Of a DNA stretch of 64,000 nucleotides, positions 12,521 through 25,109 are shown one piece after another. The notes beneath the pieces were generated by a model, which saw nothing but the letters and a program-made list of their open reading frames with translations, made no database searches and was not told where the DNA came from. Origin of the DNA: Mobula hypostoma (lineage: Eukaryota). The stretch lies in NCBI RefSeq assembly GCF_963921235.1, contig NC_086097.1, positions 125,242,001-125,306,000 on the forward strand. Reading direction: 5' to 3'. Made by a program: the position numbers and the translations under genes. Numbering within the stretch: position 1 is the first letter of the stretch; each line of letters begins with the position of its first letter.

Positions 12521-13439
12521 GCAATCTGGCGCGATTCTACACTATCATAGACATTACTGTTCCTCTCAAAACGTATAAAAAACTACATCAAAATGTCAGG
12601 TCATTGTCTGCAGCCTGCCATCCCTGCAGGATTTGTACGTGTCCAGGCCAAAGAAGCAGGCAGGAAAAATCATTGTAGACGCTACCCACCTTGCAAACTG
12701 CCTCTTCCAAAAGCTCCCATCTAGAAAATGCTGTAGGGCTATTAAAACAAAAACTTCATGCTGTGTTAAAAGTTGCTTTCCCCCGGCAGTTAATCTGATC
12801 AGCCATTCTACTGAGCAATCCCCCCCCCCCGCCCCACCCCATCTATTACTCCTGTTACTGCACTGTAAACACTCTTTATAACACTGTTTTCATCGTAACT
12901 ACAAGCTGTTATTTATGCATTAGTGCACATTTAATTCCATATCCATTACTTTAGCCTCTAACTTTAAATTATTCTTTATTCTTTATAGTTTGTGAACGTT
13001 TTTTGTTGCATGTCATCACAGCAAATTCCTGATACATGTAAGTGCATATGGCGATTAAAACTGATCCTTGATAATGCCTCACACCATCTACGGTCTGTCA
13101 AATTCCAGACTTGATATGATCAGACTTGGAAACAGGCATGAATACAATTTGGCTTCCTGGTTAAGTCAATGTTCATTCAGTTGGTGCTGAGAAAGCCAGT
13201 ACGGTACAGTCCAATTTCAGTGCATGCAACCTGTCTCCTGGGTACTGACTCATTGGTTCATCAGCTGCTGCTGATGTGATTCATGAACAAAACCAGAAAG
13301 TCACTTTGGCTTAGAAACTCCCTCGCACACCAATGTTAAATGGTGTCCTGCAGCTGTAAATCAGTTTAACATGCATTAGAGCAATCAGTTTTAGGTGTTT
13401 TTGAGCATTCCTGAAAATTTGACTCACAGCTGTGGGTCA

Positions 13440-14030
13440 TAATAACATAGAACACTACGGCACAGTATAGGCCCTTCAGCCCACAATGTGGTACTGACCT
13501 TTTAACCTACTCTAAGATCAATCTAACCCTTCCCTCCTATATAGCTCTCCTTTTTCCTTTCATCTTTGTGCCTATCTAAGAGTTTCTTAAAAGTCTCTGT
13601 CTCTACCACTACCTCTGGCAGAGCATTGTACGCACACACCACTTTTTATGTAAAAATAAAAGAGCTTACTTCTGACACAGCTCCTGTATTTCCCTCCAAT
13701 CACCTTAAAATTATGCAACACACACACAAAATGCTGGTGGAACGTAGCAGGCCAGGCAGCATCTATAAGAAGAGGTACAGTTGATGTTTCAGGCCGAGAC
13801 CCTTCATCAGGACTAACTGAAAGAAGAGATAGTAAGAGATTTGAAAGTGGGAGGGGGAGGGGGAGATCCGAAATGATGGGAAAAGACAGGAGGGGGAGGG
13901 ATATGCCCTGAAGAAGTCTCTGCCTATTCGGGTGATCTATGCCTCTTATCATCTTGTACACCTCTATCAAGTCACGTCTCATCCTCCTCCTCCTCTTCAA
14001 AGAGCAAAGCACTGGCTCGCTCACCCTATC
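13440..14030 (-). mobile_element. CR1-like 3' fragment interrupted by a PLE module (~13717-13900; hammerhead 13779-13814, - strand)
   Basis: Remnant RRRMRRDLIEVYKMIRGID. The insert reads agtcctgatgaagggtctcggcctgaaacatcaact on the minus strand. Confidence 0.75.
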
Positions 14031-14089
14031 ATCATTCTCCTGGCAAGAATCTCTCCCAGATGACGTAGTTGGCTCAGTAGCATATAGGG

Positions 14090-14405
14090 AGGCACCATAG
14101 CATAGTGGTTAGTGCAATCACTTTACAGCTCCACTGATCAACGATCTGGGTTTGTTTCCTGCCACTGTCTGTAAGGAGTTTGTGCATCCTCCTTGTGACT
14201 GCATGGGTTACTTCCAGGTGCTTCGATTCCCTCCCACATTGCACAGGTGTATGGCTAGGGTTAGGATTACTGAGTTGTGGGCAACTTATGTTGGTACTGG
14301 GAGGGTGGTGATACTTACGGGCTGCCTCGGACTGTGTTGCTTGTTGACACAAAACGGCACATTGCACTATGTATTTCAATGTATATGCGACAAATAAAGC
14401 TAAAC
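14090..14405 (+). mobile_element. tRNA-derived SINE (V-SINE/HE1-like head, 'gacaaataaagc' tail)
   Basis: A-box-like tagcatagtggttag and B-box-like gggtttgtttcc. Related copies at ~220-480(-), 22385-22510(-), 23150-23570, 30960-31200, 45598-45895, 46280-46555, 47130-47420(-) and 55360-55745. Confidence 0.75.
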
Positions 14406-15249
14406 TTCTCTAGACTGTGATGCGATGGTCAAAATTCATCTTCCACTTGTTTTTGAACTTCAACGGAATGCCATAAAAATGAACTTGTAGACCATCTAGA
14501 TACCTATACCTATAGACCGTCTACCATTCCGCTTAAGCTGTACAGTTTGAAGAACTAACACGCCAATGACATTCTATGCCGTCACTCAGTGCAATCACTT
14601 CCTGTGAGCTCAGGCACGGGCTCTATCACATCTTCCCGTTCCCACTTCATTGCTTCATTCAGGGGTTCATCTGAAGTCCATAATGATAAGAGTGCACGTC
14701 CACTTTTTTCATCAGCCTTGACGAAGCAGGCGTGGGTATTTAAGAATCATAGAGCAATACAGGCCTTTCGGCCCACCCAGTTCATGCTGTTCACTTTGCC
14801 TACCCAACTCGTCCATCTGTCTCGCAGGGCTATCCAAAACGCAGGCACTTATTGAGTAGGGTATTGCCTCCTTCCGGGATCTCCCTGGTGTCCTCAAGTT
14901 CTGACAGCATTCTTGGAGTTTGTAGATATCCGTACTTGCCTTTGGGATCATTGCCTGGCCTATTCCCCTGAGAGGACACTCCCACTTGGCTCCTGACTGA
15001 GCTGGCTGCCACTGTTTTAGGTGCTCCCATTCTTCTTTATATTGTGTGATTAAATATGAGCTTGCCATCAAACTCATGGATTACTTGTGAAGTACTCATG
15101 AATATTAGAGGATTTATCACCAAAGCTGCTTCTGACTGAGAGCAATGGTGCTGGCTGGAAAACGTGCATCTCCAGGAGATATAGATGTAAACACTCAGGC
15201 ACTCTAGTACCCTGGAGATGCCAAGGTTTCCATACTTCTCTCCTGGCAA

Positions 15250-17115
15250 TCTGCCTTCCAAATGTCCACTGCCTTACAATTAAGATGGACGAGTTGTCAT
15301 CAGGACTAACAAGGATTATGCCCATATTTCTGCCTTTTGTTTTGTTGAAACGTGGCTTAACTCAGACATACCAACTAGTTTGAGTGGATTGTAAAAGAGC
15401 ACTATGGGGCAAGTCATGTTTATAAATAACAGATGGCGCAGGGACATGTCCATCATTCTTTTCCTCTGCTAACCTAGAGGCTCATTTCATTCGCTGTAAA
15501 CCACTCTACCTACCCAGGGAATTTCACTCTGTTCTCCTGGCTGTTACGAACACTCAATCGTGCAAACACTCAATGTACACAACAGCTGATGGCTGCTAAC
15601 ATTTATAATTTTGAACATACATTTCCCAATACTGTCATTTTCATTATGGAGGATTTCAACCATTGTAACAGGAAGCATGATCTGCCCAAACACCACCGGA
15701 TGATTCGCTGCCTCACACATGAGGACAGAACTTTGGAACCATTTCTACACCGCCATTCAAAGGGCATTCTGCCATTTTCCCCGGGGCACCCCTTGGCATC
15801 CCTGACCATGCCATGACCATACTTGTTCCCTGCCATAAATGAAAATTGGAGCAGTCTAAACCACCCAGGACCATCAGACGTTATTGGGACTCCTGAGGCT
15901 GTAGGAAGGCTGAGAGACTGCTGAGGCACCACAGATTGGAAGGTTGGTGTAGCAGTATAGATGAATATGCTGACACTGTAACATCCTACGTATCCTTCGG
16001 TGAAGATGTGTGTCTTCCTAAAAGGATCATTGTGAGGTATAACAACGACAAGCCATGGTTCACCCAGGAGTTGGGGACTCTCAGGTCTGCAAAGGATTAT
16101 GCCTACAGATCTGGAAACAGAGAGGAGTATAGCTCTGCAAGACACCAGTTTAATAAAGCTCTGAAAGTAGCGAAAAACACTTACAAGGATGGGCTAGAGA
16201 GAGACTTCAGACTGCCCAGCTATTGTTGGAGTTCCCTGCAGAATATTATTAACTTTGAACTGAAGTGCTCTCAAGTCTCCCCTCCCCTGTCTTGGCCAAT
16301 CAACTCAATTAATTTTATTGCTGGTTTGATAAGGACAATCAATATCCATCTCACTTCCTCTGACCCTGATATGCTGAACCCACCCCTTTCCTTTCACAAT
16401 CACTGCAATGTTACCATCCCCCCTTCATCCCAGCCCGATTTACCTTCTTCAGCCTCCTCCTCCACTTGACTCCTCCCTCCATCCCACCCTAAACTTTCTA
16501 CGAAGCAAGAAGACATTTGTAAACGATATGGAAAACAGAACATTAGGAAAGCTGCTGGTGTCTCACCCGGTTCACTAAGGTTCTGTGTGGATCAGCTAGC
16601 ACCTGCCTTCACTCAGATATTTAGCTCATCCTTGTAATTATGTGGGGCTCCGGACTGCTTAAAATTTGCTACAATCGTTCCAGTTCCCTAGAAGACAAGA
16701 TCACTGGAGTGACTATAGCCCAGTCAGTCTGACTTCAGTAGTTATGAAAACTCTGAACGTGTGATGTTGGCCTACCTTAACTCCATACTCATCCTCTTCT
16801 TGACCCACTACAGTTTGCTTCAAAAGCAAATCACTCACTTGAGGATGCAGTTAAATTGCACCTTCCTTGCATTCTTCAACATTTGGACTCCTCCAACACC
16901 TATGTGAGGAACTTGTTTGTGGATTTTAGTTTTGCCTTCAACACTCTTGTTCTGGAGCTGCTCCACAGCAAGATAACCCAGAGCTATACCCTATTTGACA
17001 GTGGAATACAAACTTACTGACCAGAAGAAGACAGGTTGGGCTCCTACTTGTCTGATCCAATGTCTATAAGCACAGGCACACCCCAGGGTTATGATCTTTC
17101 ACCCCTCCTGTTTTC
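15250..17115 (+). mobile_element. Rex1/Babar-like LINE fragment (APE and RT), decayed
   Basis: Remnants KMDEL, FVETWLN, YLPREF, DFNH, NNDKPWFT, DPLQFA, LFVDFSFAFNT, TGTPQG; frameshifted. Confidence 0.8.
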
Positions 17116-17360
17116 TAAGTTCAGGAAGTTCAAAGGGTAAATTTGTTATCAGAGTACATACATGTCACCACATACATGTCACCACATACAACCCTGAGAT
17201 TGCTTTTCCGTGTGCGTACTCAGTAAATCTGTAGAATAGTGACTGTAAACAGGATCAATGAAAGAGCAACAGCATAGTAGACAACTAACTGTGCAAATGA
17301 AAATATAAATAAATAGCAATAAATAATGAGAGCATGAAAGAACAAGATAAAGAATCTGTA

Positions 17361-18834
17361 AAATTAGATCATCGAAAGGCAGCACGCGATAAAAGGCAGC
17401 GCACGTCCCGAGCAGCCGCTCTCCCCCGGATTCGGAACGGCATTGCTTAAACACATGCCTGTGAGCAGCCGTTTGCAAGATGAGTTCTGAGGTACTGTAT
17501 CAGAAAAGCCTAACAGAGCTCGTAAGGGTGTTACACTCAGCGTAAAACTAGACATAATTAAGCATTTCGATCGTGGTGAATGAAGCAAGGACAAAGTGAG
17601 TTTGGCTTGTGGAAGCTGACGAAGATGATGTTGAAGAGGTTTTGGCATCCCATGACCAAGAACTGATAGATGAAGAGCTGATGCAATTTGAAGAGGAAAG
17701 GATAACAATCGAAACCGAATGCAGTAGCGAACGGACCAAAAGTGACTGCATGAGATTTTTGCTGCAATGATAAAGTACGACTTTAATTTTGAAAGGGTAC
17801 GTAGGTTTAGGGGATATTTGCAGGATGGTTTGAGTCCTTACAAACAACTGTATGATAGAAAAATGCGCGAGGCTCAGCAGTCAAGCAGGCCTTCCACATC
17901 AGCCACAGCAGACGATGAACCTCGATCTTTGACATCGAGGCGGGCAGTTATAGGAGAAGATGAGCTGCCTGCCCTGATCAACGATGAGAAGACACCCCCG
18001 TATCCCACCACCCCAACACCCGGGTCCCGGACAGGTACTGTACCGATTCGCAGAGAATGCAGCAGTAGCCGTGAGGCACACAGCACATCTTTAAGAAAAA
18101 AGCCGAAATAAACAAGCTAATTAATTAGGTGCCGCCGACACGTAATTGTCGGCCCATATCAGTGCCGATTTCCGATTGCATCGCCTCTGATCTGGGCCGA
18201 CAATTATGTGTCAGTGGCACCTAATTAATTAGCATTTTTATTTTGGCTTTTTTTTTAAAGATGTGCTGTGTGCCTCCCGGCTACTGCTGCATTCTTCGCG
18301 GCAATGTACCGGGTCAGCGGCCCGGAGGGTGGGGGCCACTGCACCACCCAGCCTGCGACGACTCAGTCTAACACACCATCATCAGTTTGCTCGGCAAGCT
18401 GTCTTCCTGATTCCGGTAAGTGATACACACTGTACATACATTATTTCTACTTTATATAGGCTGTGTATTTTTACATGTTATTTGGTAGATTTGGCAGCCT
18501 CATAGCTTAAAGGTTACTGGAGAGAGTGTTTCTGCCAACAGCGCTGGCGTGAGATTTTCACTACGGAGATCTGTGCAGGCAATCGTTGTAGAGAAGTATT
18601 TCTACTTTATATAGGCTGTGTATTTATCCTATCATTCCTGCTTTTACTATATGTTACTGTTATTTTAGGTTTTATATGTTATTTGTCATGATTTGGTAGG
18701 TTATTTTTGGGTCTGCGAAAGCTCACAAAATTTTCCCATATAAATAAATGGTAATTGCTTCTTCACTTTACGGCATTTCGGCGTACGAACCGTTTCATAG
18801 GAACGCTCTACCTTCAGATGGCGGGGGAAATCTG
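17361..18834 (+). mobile_element. Tigger/pogo-like transposon 3' part with long internal palindrome
   Basis: Acidic transposase C-terminal remnant (EDDVEEVLASHDQELIDEELMQFEEE; YKQLYDRK). Right end ...ggcgggggaaatctg|TA. The left TIR was not found. Confidence 0.6.
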
Positions 18835-19688
18835 TAATGCAAAAAGAGAGCAAAATAGTAACGTGGTATTTGTGGGTTCGTTGGACATTCAGAAATTTGA
18901 TGGCAGAAGGGAAAAATCTGCTCCTAAAATGTTGAGTGAGTGTCTTCAGGCTTCTATACCTCCACCCTGGTGGAATTAATGAGAAAATGGCATATTCTGG
19001 GTGGTGGGGGGTCCTTAATATGAGTGCTTCATCGTCTGAAGATGTCCTTGCTGGTGAGGAGATTTGTGCGCACAATGGAGCAGGTTGAGTTTACAACCCT
19101 CAGCAGCTTTTTTTCTGATCCTCTGCAGTGGCCCCTCTGTATCAGATATCTGTGTTTGGACTGGAAATATGAAAACTTTTTCCTCTGGTAGGAGATATTT
19201 TTTTCCCCTCCCTGCCTCCACCTACCCCTAAAGCCACTGACTCATTATGGGCTATAATATGTCATCATCTCTGGAAGCCAAGATGGTGCTATGTGATGGG
19301 AGGCACAGCATAGCTCACTCCCGTTTACGTCACGTCCTGCACTCATTCAAGTTCTGCAGCAAGAGCACCAGATAGTGTTTGAACTTGGTGCTGTGGCTGA
19401 TTTAGTTATCTTCTTTTGGCTCAGAATCTGAGCTAATTGCTCACTCTTTTTATAAGTGTAAGGGCCCGTCAGGCCCTCGAGCCCATTTAGTCAGGTTGTG
19501 ATCTCTCATCGTGATCTGATTTCCCAGTTTAAAAAAAAGTGGTAACTATTCTCTGAGTAATTGGTGTAAACGTGCATTTTGAAAGCTAGTACAGCTCAGC
19601 TGGGAGTTTGAACATCAAGAAGAGTAGGCTTGTGACCGGAAAGAGCGATTCACTGCTTAGGCAATCAGTAAAAAAAAATTACAATATA

Positions 19689-20200
19689 CACTCAGTGGCC
19701 ACTTTATTAGGTAGAGGAGGTTCCTAATAAATGGGCACTTAATGTATTTATATATGTTCGTAATGCTGTGGCTCGTCCTCTTCAAGGTTCAACATGTTGC
19801 CCTTTCAGAGCTGTTGTAACACGTAGTTATTTGAGTTACTGTCACTTTCCTGTCAGCTTGAACCAGTCTGGCCATTCTCCTCTGACCTCTCATTAAAAAG
19901 ACATTTTCGCCCACAGAACTGCAGTTCATTAGACGTTTTTTGCACCATGTAAACTCTACAGACTATTAAGAGATCAGCAGTTTCTGCGATACTGAAACAC
20001 CCCGTCTGGCACCAACAATCATTCCACAGTCAAAATCATATAGATCTCATTTCTTCCCCATTCTGATGTTTGGTCTGAATAACAACTGAACCTCTTGACC
20101 ACGACTGCATGCTTTTCTGCATTGAGTTGCTGCCACATGATTGGCTGATTAGATGTTTGCATTAACGAGCAGGTGTGCCTAATAAAGTGGCTGCTGAATG
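19689..20200 (-). mobile_element. Non-autonomous Tc1-like element
   Basis: TA-flanked TIRs cactcagtggccactttattagg and cctaataaagtggctgctgaatg; same family as 1627-2153. Confidence 0.8.
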
Positions 20201-20743
20201 TAATGAAGTGTTTCTCTACAGTGATGCTGCACATGTCCTGATGTTTGTGGTATTGGGGGGGGAGGGATGAATTGTGTTAGAAAGGAGGGGAGGGTGGATT
20301 GGGAGTGAGCTATCACAGTTGAAGATATTTGCCAAATGGGTTTGAGTTTCCCTTGAAAGCATGTTCACAAAGTCAGGGATCACTGCTGGACAAAAGCATT
20401 TTGTTTCAAAGCAGCCTACCTCGAGATAACTAATCTCATCATTCTTACTTTTGCTGCAAAGAGCATTGTGTGTTTCTGACTTCCCGAGCGTAACTAACGC
20501 TTTGTACTTCCTAACTCTGCTTGCTTTAGTCTGATTTGACCGGACTGCAAGAAAGGATGAAAACTGTGTTTAGCTAATTGTGGAGCAGGAGTGAGGAGTG
20601 TCACAAGAATGAGATTGATTTTAAATAAATTGATCAGTTTTCTTGTTGGGCAGTTTGAAACTGTTTTAATTCGATTAATTTTATTGAAATGTCTTTTTTT
20701 TCCACCTACATCATGCAACTTCCCGTCTGATACTGGAATTTTT

Positions 20744-20840
20744 AGTCCTGACGAAGGGTCTCGGCCTGAAACGTCGACTGCGCCTCTTCCTATAGATGCT
20801 GCTTGGCCTGCTGCGTTCACCAGCAACTTTGATGTGTGTA
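20744..20840 (+). mobile_element. 97-bp PLE-derived mini insertion starting with an intact hammerhead motif (20744-20779)
   Basis: agtcctgacgaagggtctcggcctgaaacgtcgact. 12-bp TSD actggaattttt at 20732-20743 and 20841-20852. Confidence 0.85.
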
Positions 20841-21151
20841 ACTGGAATTTTTGCCTGTTCTTAGAGTTCCTTCCTGATAGGTTGATGTCAGCCAAACCCG
20901 AATCCAACCTCAATGTTTGAATGTACAGTGTGGTTAGATACTCCACAGTAAGAGTAAGAGCTTGCATTATCTCACTGTGGCCAGATATACCTTTTGTTCA
21001 AACCAGATGACCTCTGTTAACTTGTCTCAGACCAGTGGCCAACACTTGGACTTTGAACTGTATGCCATTTGGTGCCCTGCTCATTCTCTATTTGAGGCAA
21101 AGATTTAAAAGATTCAAAGATTAGCTTTATTTGCCCCATGTAGAGCAAAAC

Positions 21152-21447
21152 GTGGCCAAGTGGTTAAGGCATTGGGCTAGCTACCTGAAGGTCGTGAGTT
21201 TGAGCCCCAGCCGAGGGGACATGTTGTGTTCTTGAGCAAGGCACCTAATCACACATTGCTCTGCGATGACACTGGTGCCAAGCTGTATGGGTCCTAATGC
21301 CCTTCCCTTGGACAACATTGGTGTCGTGGAGAGGGGAGACTTGCAGCATGGGCAACTGCTGGTCTTCCATACAACCTTGCCCAGGCCTGTGCCCTGGAGA
21401 GTGAAGACTTTCCAGGCGCAGATCCATGGTCTCACAAGATGCCTTAA
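21152..21447 (+). mobile_element. tRNA-derived SINE (second family)
   Basis: Head gtggccaagtggttaaggc...gagtttgagcccc. 10-bp TSD agagcaaaac at 21142-21151 and 21448-21457; inserted into another SINE tail. Confidence 0.8.
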
Positions 21448-21744
21448 AGAGCAAAACATACAGTGAAATGCGTTGTTTTGTGTTGACAACCAACGCAGTT
21501 TGCTGATTATGCTGGGGGCAGCCCCCAAGTGTCACTACACTTCCGGTGCCAACATAGCGTGCTCACCACAGGCCAGTAAGACATGGGAGCAGAAATTAGG
21601 CCATTCCATCATGGCTGATTTATTACCCCTCTCAACACCATTTTCCTGCCCTTATCCCCGTAACCTTTGATACCCTGACTAATCAAGAACCCATCAACCC
21701 TGCTAAAGAAATTCCTCCTCATCTCTGTTCTGAAAGGACGTCTG

Positions 21745-22245
21745 TGTATGTCTATCCACAGCCTCCTCTGCTGTTGTGATGGGGCCACACTCAGGTTGTT
21801 GGAGCAACACCTTATGGGTAGCCTCCAACCTGATGGCATGAACATCGATTTCTCAAACTTCTGGTAATGCCTCCCTTCCCCCCCCCCCTTCACTCCCCAT
21901 CCCCTTTTCCCTCTCTCACTTTATCTCCTTATCTGCCCATCGCCTCCCTCTGGTGCTCTCCCGGCTTTTCTTTCTTCCATGGCCTTCTGTCCTCTCCTAT
22001 TATTCCCCCTTCTCCAGCCCTTTATCTCCTTCATGGATCAACTTCCCAGCTCTTTACATCACCCCTCCCCCTCCCAGTTTCACCTATCACCTTGCGTTTG
22101 TGTTTCTCCACACCCCCCCCCCCCACACTTTTTCTTCGGCCCGAAACATTGACTGTACTCTTTACCGTAGATGCTGCCTGGCCTGTTGAGTTCCTCCAGC
22201 ATATTGTGTGGGTTGCTTAGATTTCCAGCACCTAAAAATATTCTC
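21745..22245 (+). mobile_element. PLE 3' fragment nested in a CR1 3' fragment (CR1 ~21575-22355, - strand)
   Basis: ttggagcaacacc...ctccaacctgatggcatgaacatcg, pyrimidine tract, partial hammerhead cggcccgaaacattgact. Confidence 0.7.
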
Positions 22246-24384
22246 TTATCTACGTATTCTGAGGCTGTGCACGCTGATCCTAGACTCCTCCACTATAGGA
22301 AACATCCTCTCCACTTTCACTCTATCTAGGCCTTTCAATACTTGACAGGCTTCATTAACAGCTCATTAACCCTCTCTGGAAAGTCTTTTGGAATGTGGGA
22401 GGGAAACCGGAACACCTGGAGAAGAACCACAGGGAGAATGTCCAAACTCCTTACAGAGAGTGGCGGGAATCAAAACCTGAGTGGTGATTGCTGCTGCTGT
22501 TAAGCGAATGCACTAACTGCTATGCTACCTGTATTTCGATAAAATTTATGAAAAAAAATTCCAAGAAAATCAAGTGATAAATTGAACCTCTTGTTTATCC
22601 TGTGGCTGCATTTGCCACTTCTGAGTGTTTAATGTTGTTTACATAGTTGTGTTTGCAGCTGAAGCATTTGACTACCTCCAGATATTTGCACTGATAGGGG
22701 GAGCAAATACTAAACCCAGCTCTCATCAGTTCAACGCTGGGTTCAAATGAAGGAAAGGACATTCTAAAATCAATATTTTTGGTGCAATTGGGAATTGTAA
22801 TTAATGCATCCTAAATTGAATTGATTAGATTACAACTCAAACTTTAACACAACCATAAATGTAAAACCTTTTGTGAGTCAGTGTACGAACCAGTCTGATA
22901 AAAATGCCATTACACTGTAACCTTTCTTCCTGTCACAATGTGTTCCTATGATATATTTAAAAATCCAGACGTACTGCACTTTTATCGGTATAGCTGAGTA
23001 TGTACTCTACAAAAAAAAAAGCGGATTTTCAGTTCTCCACCTGTGAAATATTTGATTTCAAAATCACTGAATAACATTACACATTCAGTCTGGTTTTTCA
23101 TAGTTTCACAATACGCTCAAGTTAGGTTTTTGGATAAATTGATTAGTTGGGCGGGGTGCTAACATAGTGGTTGGTGCAATCACTTTATGGCACCAGTGAT
23201 TACCAATTGAATTTAGATTCCTGGTGCTGTCTGGGGGAAGTTTGTACATTTTTTCTCCATGTGCTCTGGTGTCCTCCCACATTCCATGGATATACTAGAG
23301 TTAGTCGGTTATGGGCACGCTATGTTGGCGCCAGATGTGTGACAACACTTGCGGGTTGCCCCCTGGGACGATCCTTGGACTGCGTTGGTCATTGGCGCAA
23401 AATGACGCGTATCATTATTTTGTGAATGTATGTGCTGTATGCACTGTGTTTCACACCTTTGCCCGGGAGGAACATTTTCGTTTAGCTGTATACATGTCTA
23501 TGGTTGAATGTCAATTCAACTTGAACTTCACCGAATGTTTCTATTGTAGATGTGACAAATAAAGTTAATTCTTTAATCTACTTCTTTGAAATAGAATTTT
23601 GGCAAAGAGGCCAGTTTTCACAAGTGGCAAACTGAATATCATTTTTAAAAAGAAAGAAGTATAAACACTGTTGTGAGTAACTCAATTAGTTTAAAATTAG
23701 CTTGTCTTTACACAGTCTGGGCTGATTTAGCCTTGTCTGTGTTAATGTGAAGCAGCACAAACTGTATTCCCCTTCTTAACACGGTAGTTGCTCTTGACCT
23801 GATAGCCTGAGCAGAGGACCAAACAGCCAACCAGAGCATTAATGAACCTGCTGCAACAAAGCTTTACACATTAGCGATGTTGGATGTGTGTGGGACAGAG
23901 GCAGTAAAGAGGCTTGTTTTGCTGCTGTTTAACTGCTTGTTGTTTTCTGTTTTGTTGTGCGTTGTGCTCTGTGTTCTGCCGAGCATTGTGGGCATCTCTG
24001 TTGATGCCGTCATGTGCGGCTCCCGGCACATCCTTGGGTGTGTTGATTGTTAACGCAGATAATACATTTCACTGTACGTTGATGTACATGTGATAAATAA
24101 ATCCGAATGTGAAACCTTTCACACTCTTAATGTTGACTGCATTATATGGACAATTAATGTGTGTATATTGAGTGCCCCTCCAGAATGCAGATTTAAGTGG
24201 GTGGGACATGAGCTTTCATTGCTGGTCAGAATGAGTCTGGATAGCAGGAAGCAAGTTGTGAACTGAAATTTATTAGTGTACCATGAATGTGGCATCAGGG
24301 TATGACTATCTGGTTTTAGTAGCTATGAATGCCACTAAAACTCTAAGCCACTATTTGACAATTTGAAAATCCTGCTTGTTCAGC

Positions 24385-24925
24385 AGATGCAAAATGCTGG
24401 ATGAACTCAGCAAGTCAGGCAGCATCAATAGATAGTTATACTTAGTTTTAACAGTATGTACGAACAGTTGACATTCCAGCTGAGATCCTCCATCAGAACT
24501 TCCCCTTCCTCTCCTATCCTGATGAAGGATCTGCTATGCAGACACACAGCAGGAAAAGAATATGGAGCAATAGAAGGTGCCCTTCCTCCTGCCCTTTCTC
24601 CCATGGCCTACTCTCCTCTCCTATTAGATTCCTTCTTCAGCCCTTTACCTCTTCTACCAGATTATCACTTCTTCCCCCCTCCCCCACATGCTTCCCTTCC
24701 AATCCCCCCCACCTCTCTTCACCTATCAGAATCCAGCTCGTGCTCCTTCCCCTCCCTCCACCTGCTTACTCTGGCTTCTTCCCCCTTCCCTTCCAGTCCT
24801 GGCGAGCAGTCTCAGGCCACAACATCGATACTTCTTCCCTCTCCTGGATGCTGTCTGACCTGTTGAGTTCCCTCCAGTGTGCGTTGCTCAAGATTTCCAG
24901 CATCTGCAGAACCTCTTGTGTCTCC
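24385..24925. mobile_element. Decayed PLE-derived inverted insert
   Basis: Antisense module aaaatgctggatgaactcagc..., then sense pyrimidine tract ending tttccagcatctgcagaacctc. Confidence 0.65.
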
Positions 24926-25109
24926 GGTTCAGCAGATAATGCCTGCTGCATTTCCTTTGCATTTGCCAGGTCTCTGCTTCCCCCACACCCTCTGCATTCA
25001 CCTGGTTCACTAGAAAATTTATCACGGTACTGTTTAACATCAAAAAAGTGAATCAATGGTGTGTCTGGAAGATCCAGTTCAGCTTGTTTTTAATATGTCG
25101 CTTTATTGG

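Noticed and set aside
15603..16145. 180-aa minus-strand ORF
   Set aside because: Antisense to a decayed Rex1/Babar LINE; no independent coding evidence.
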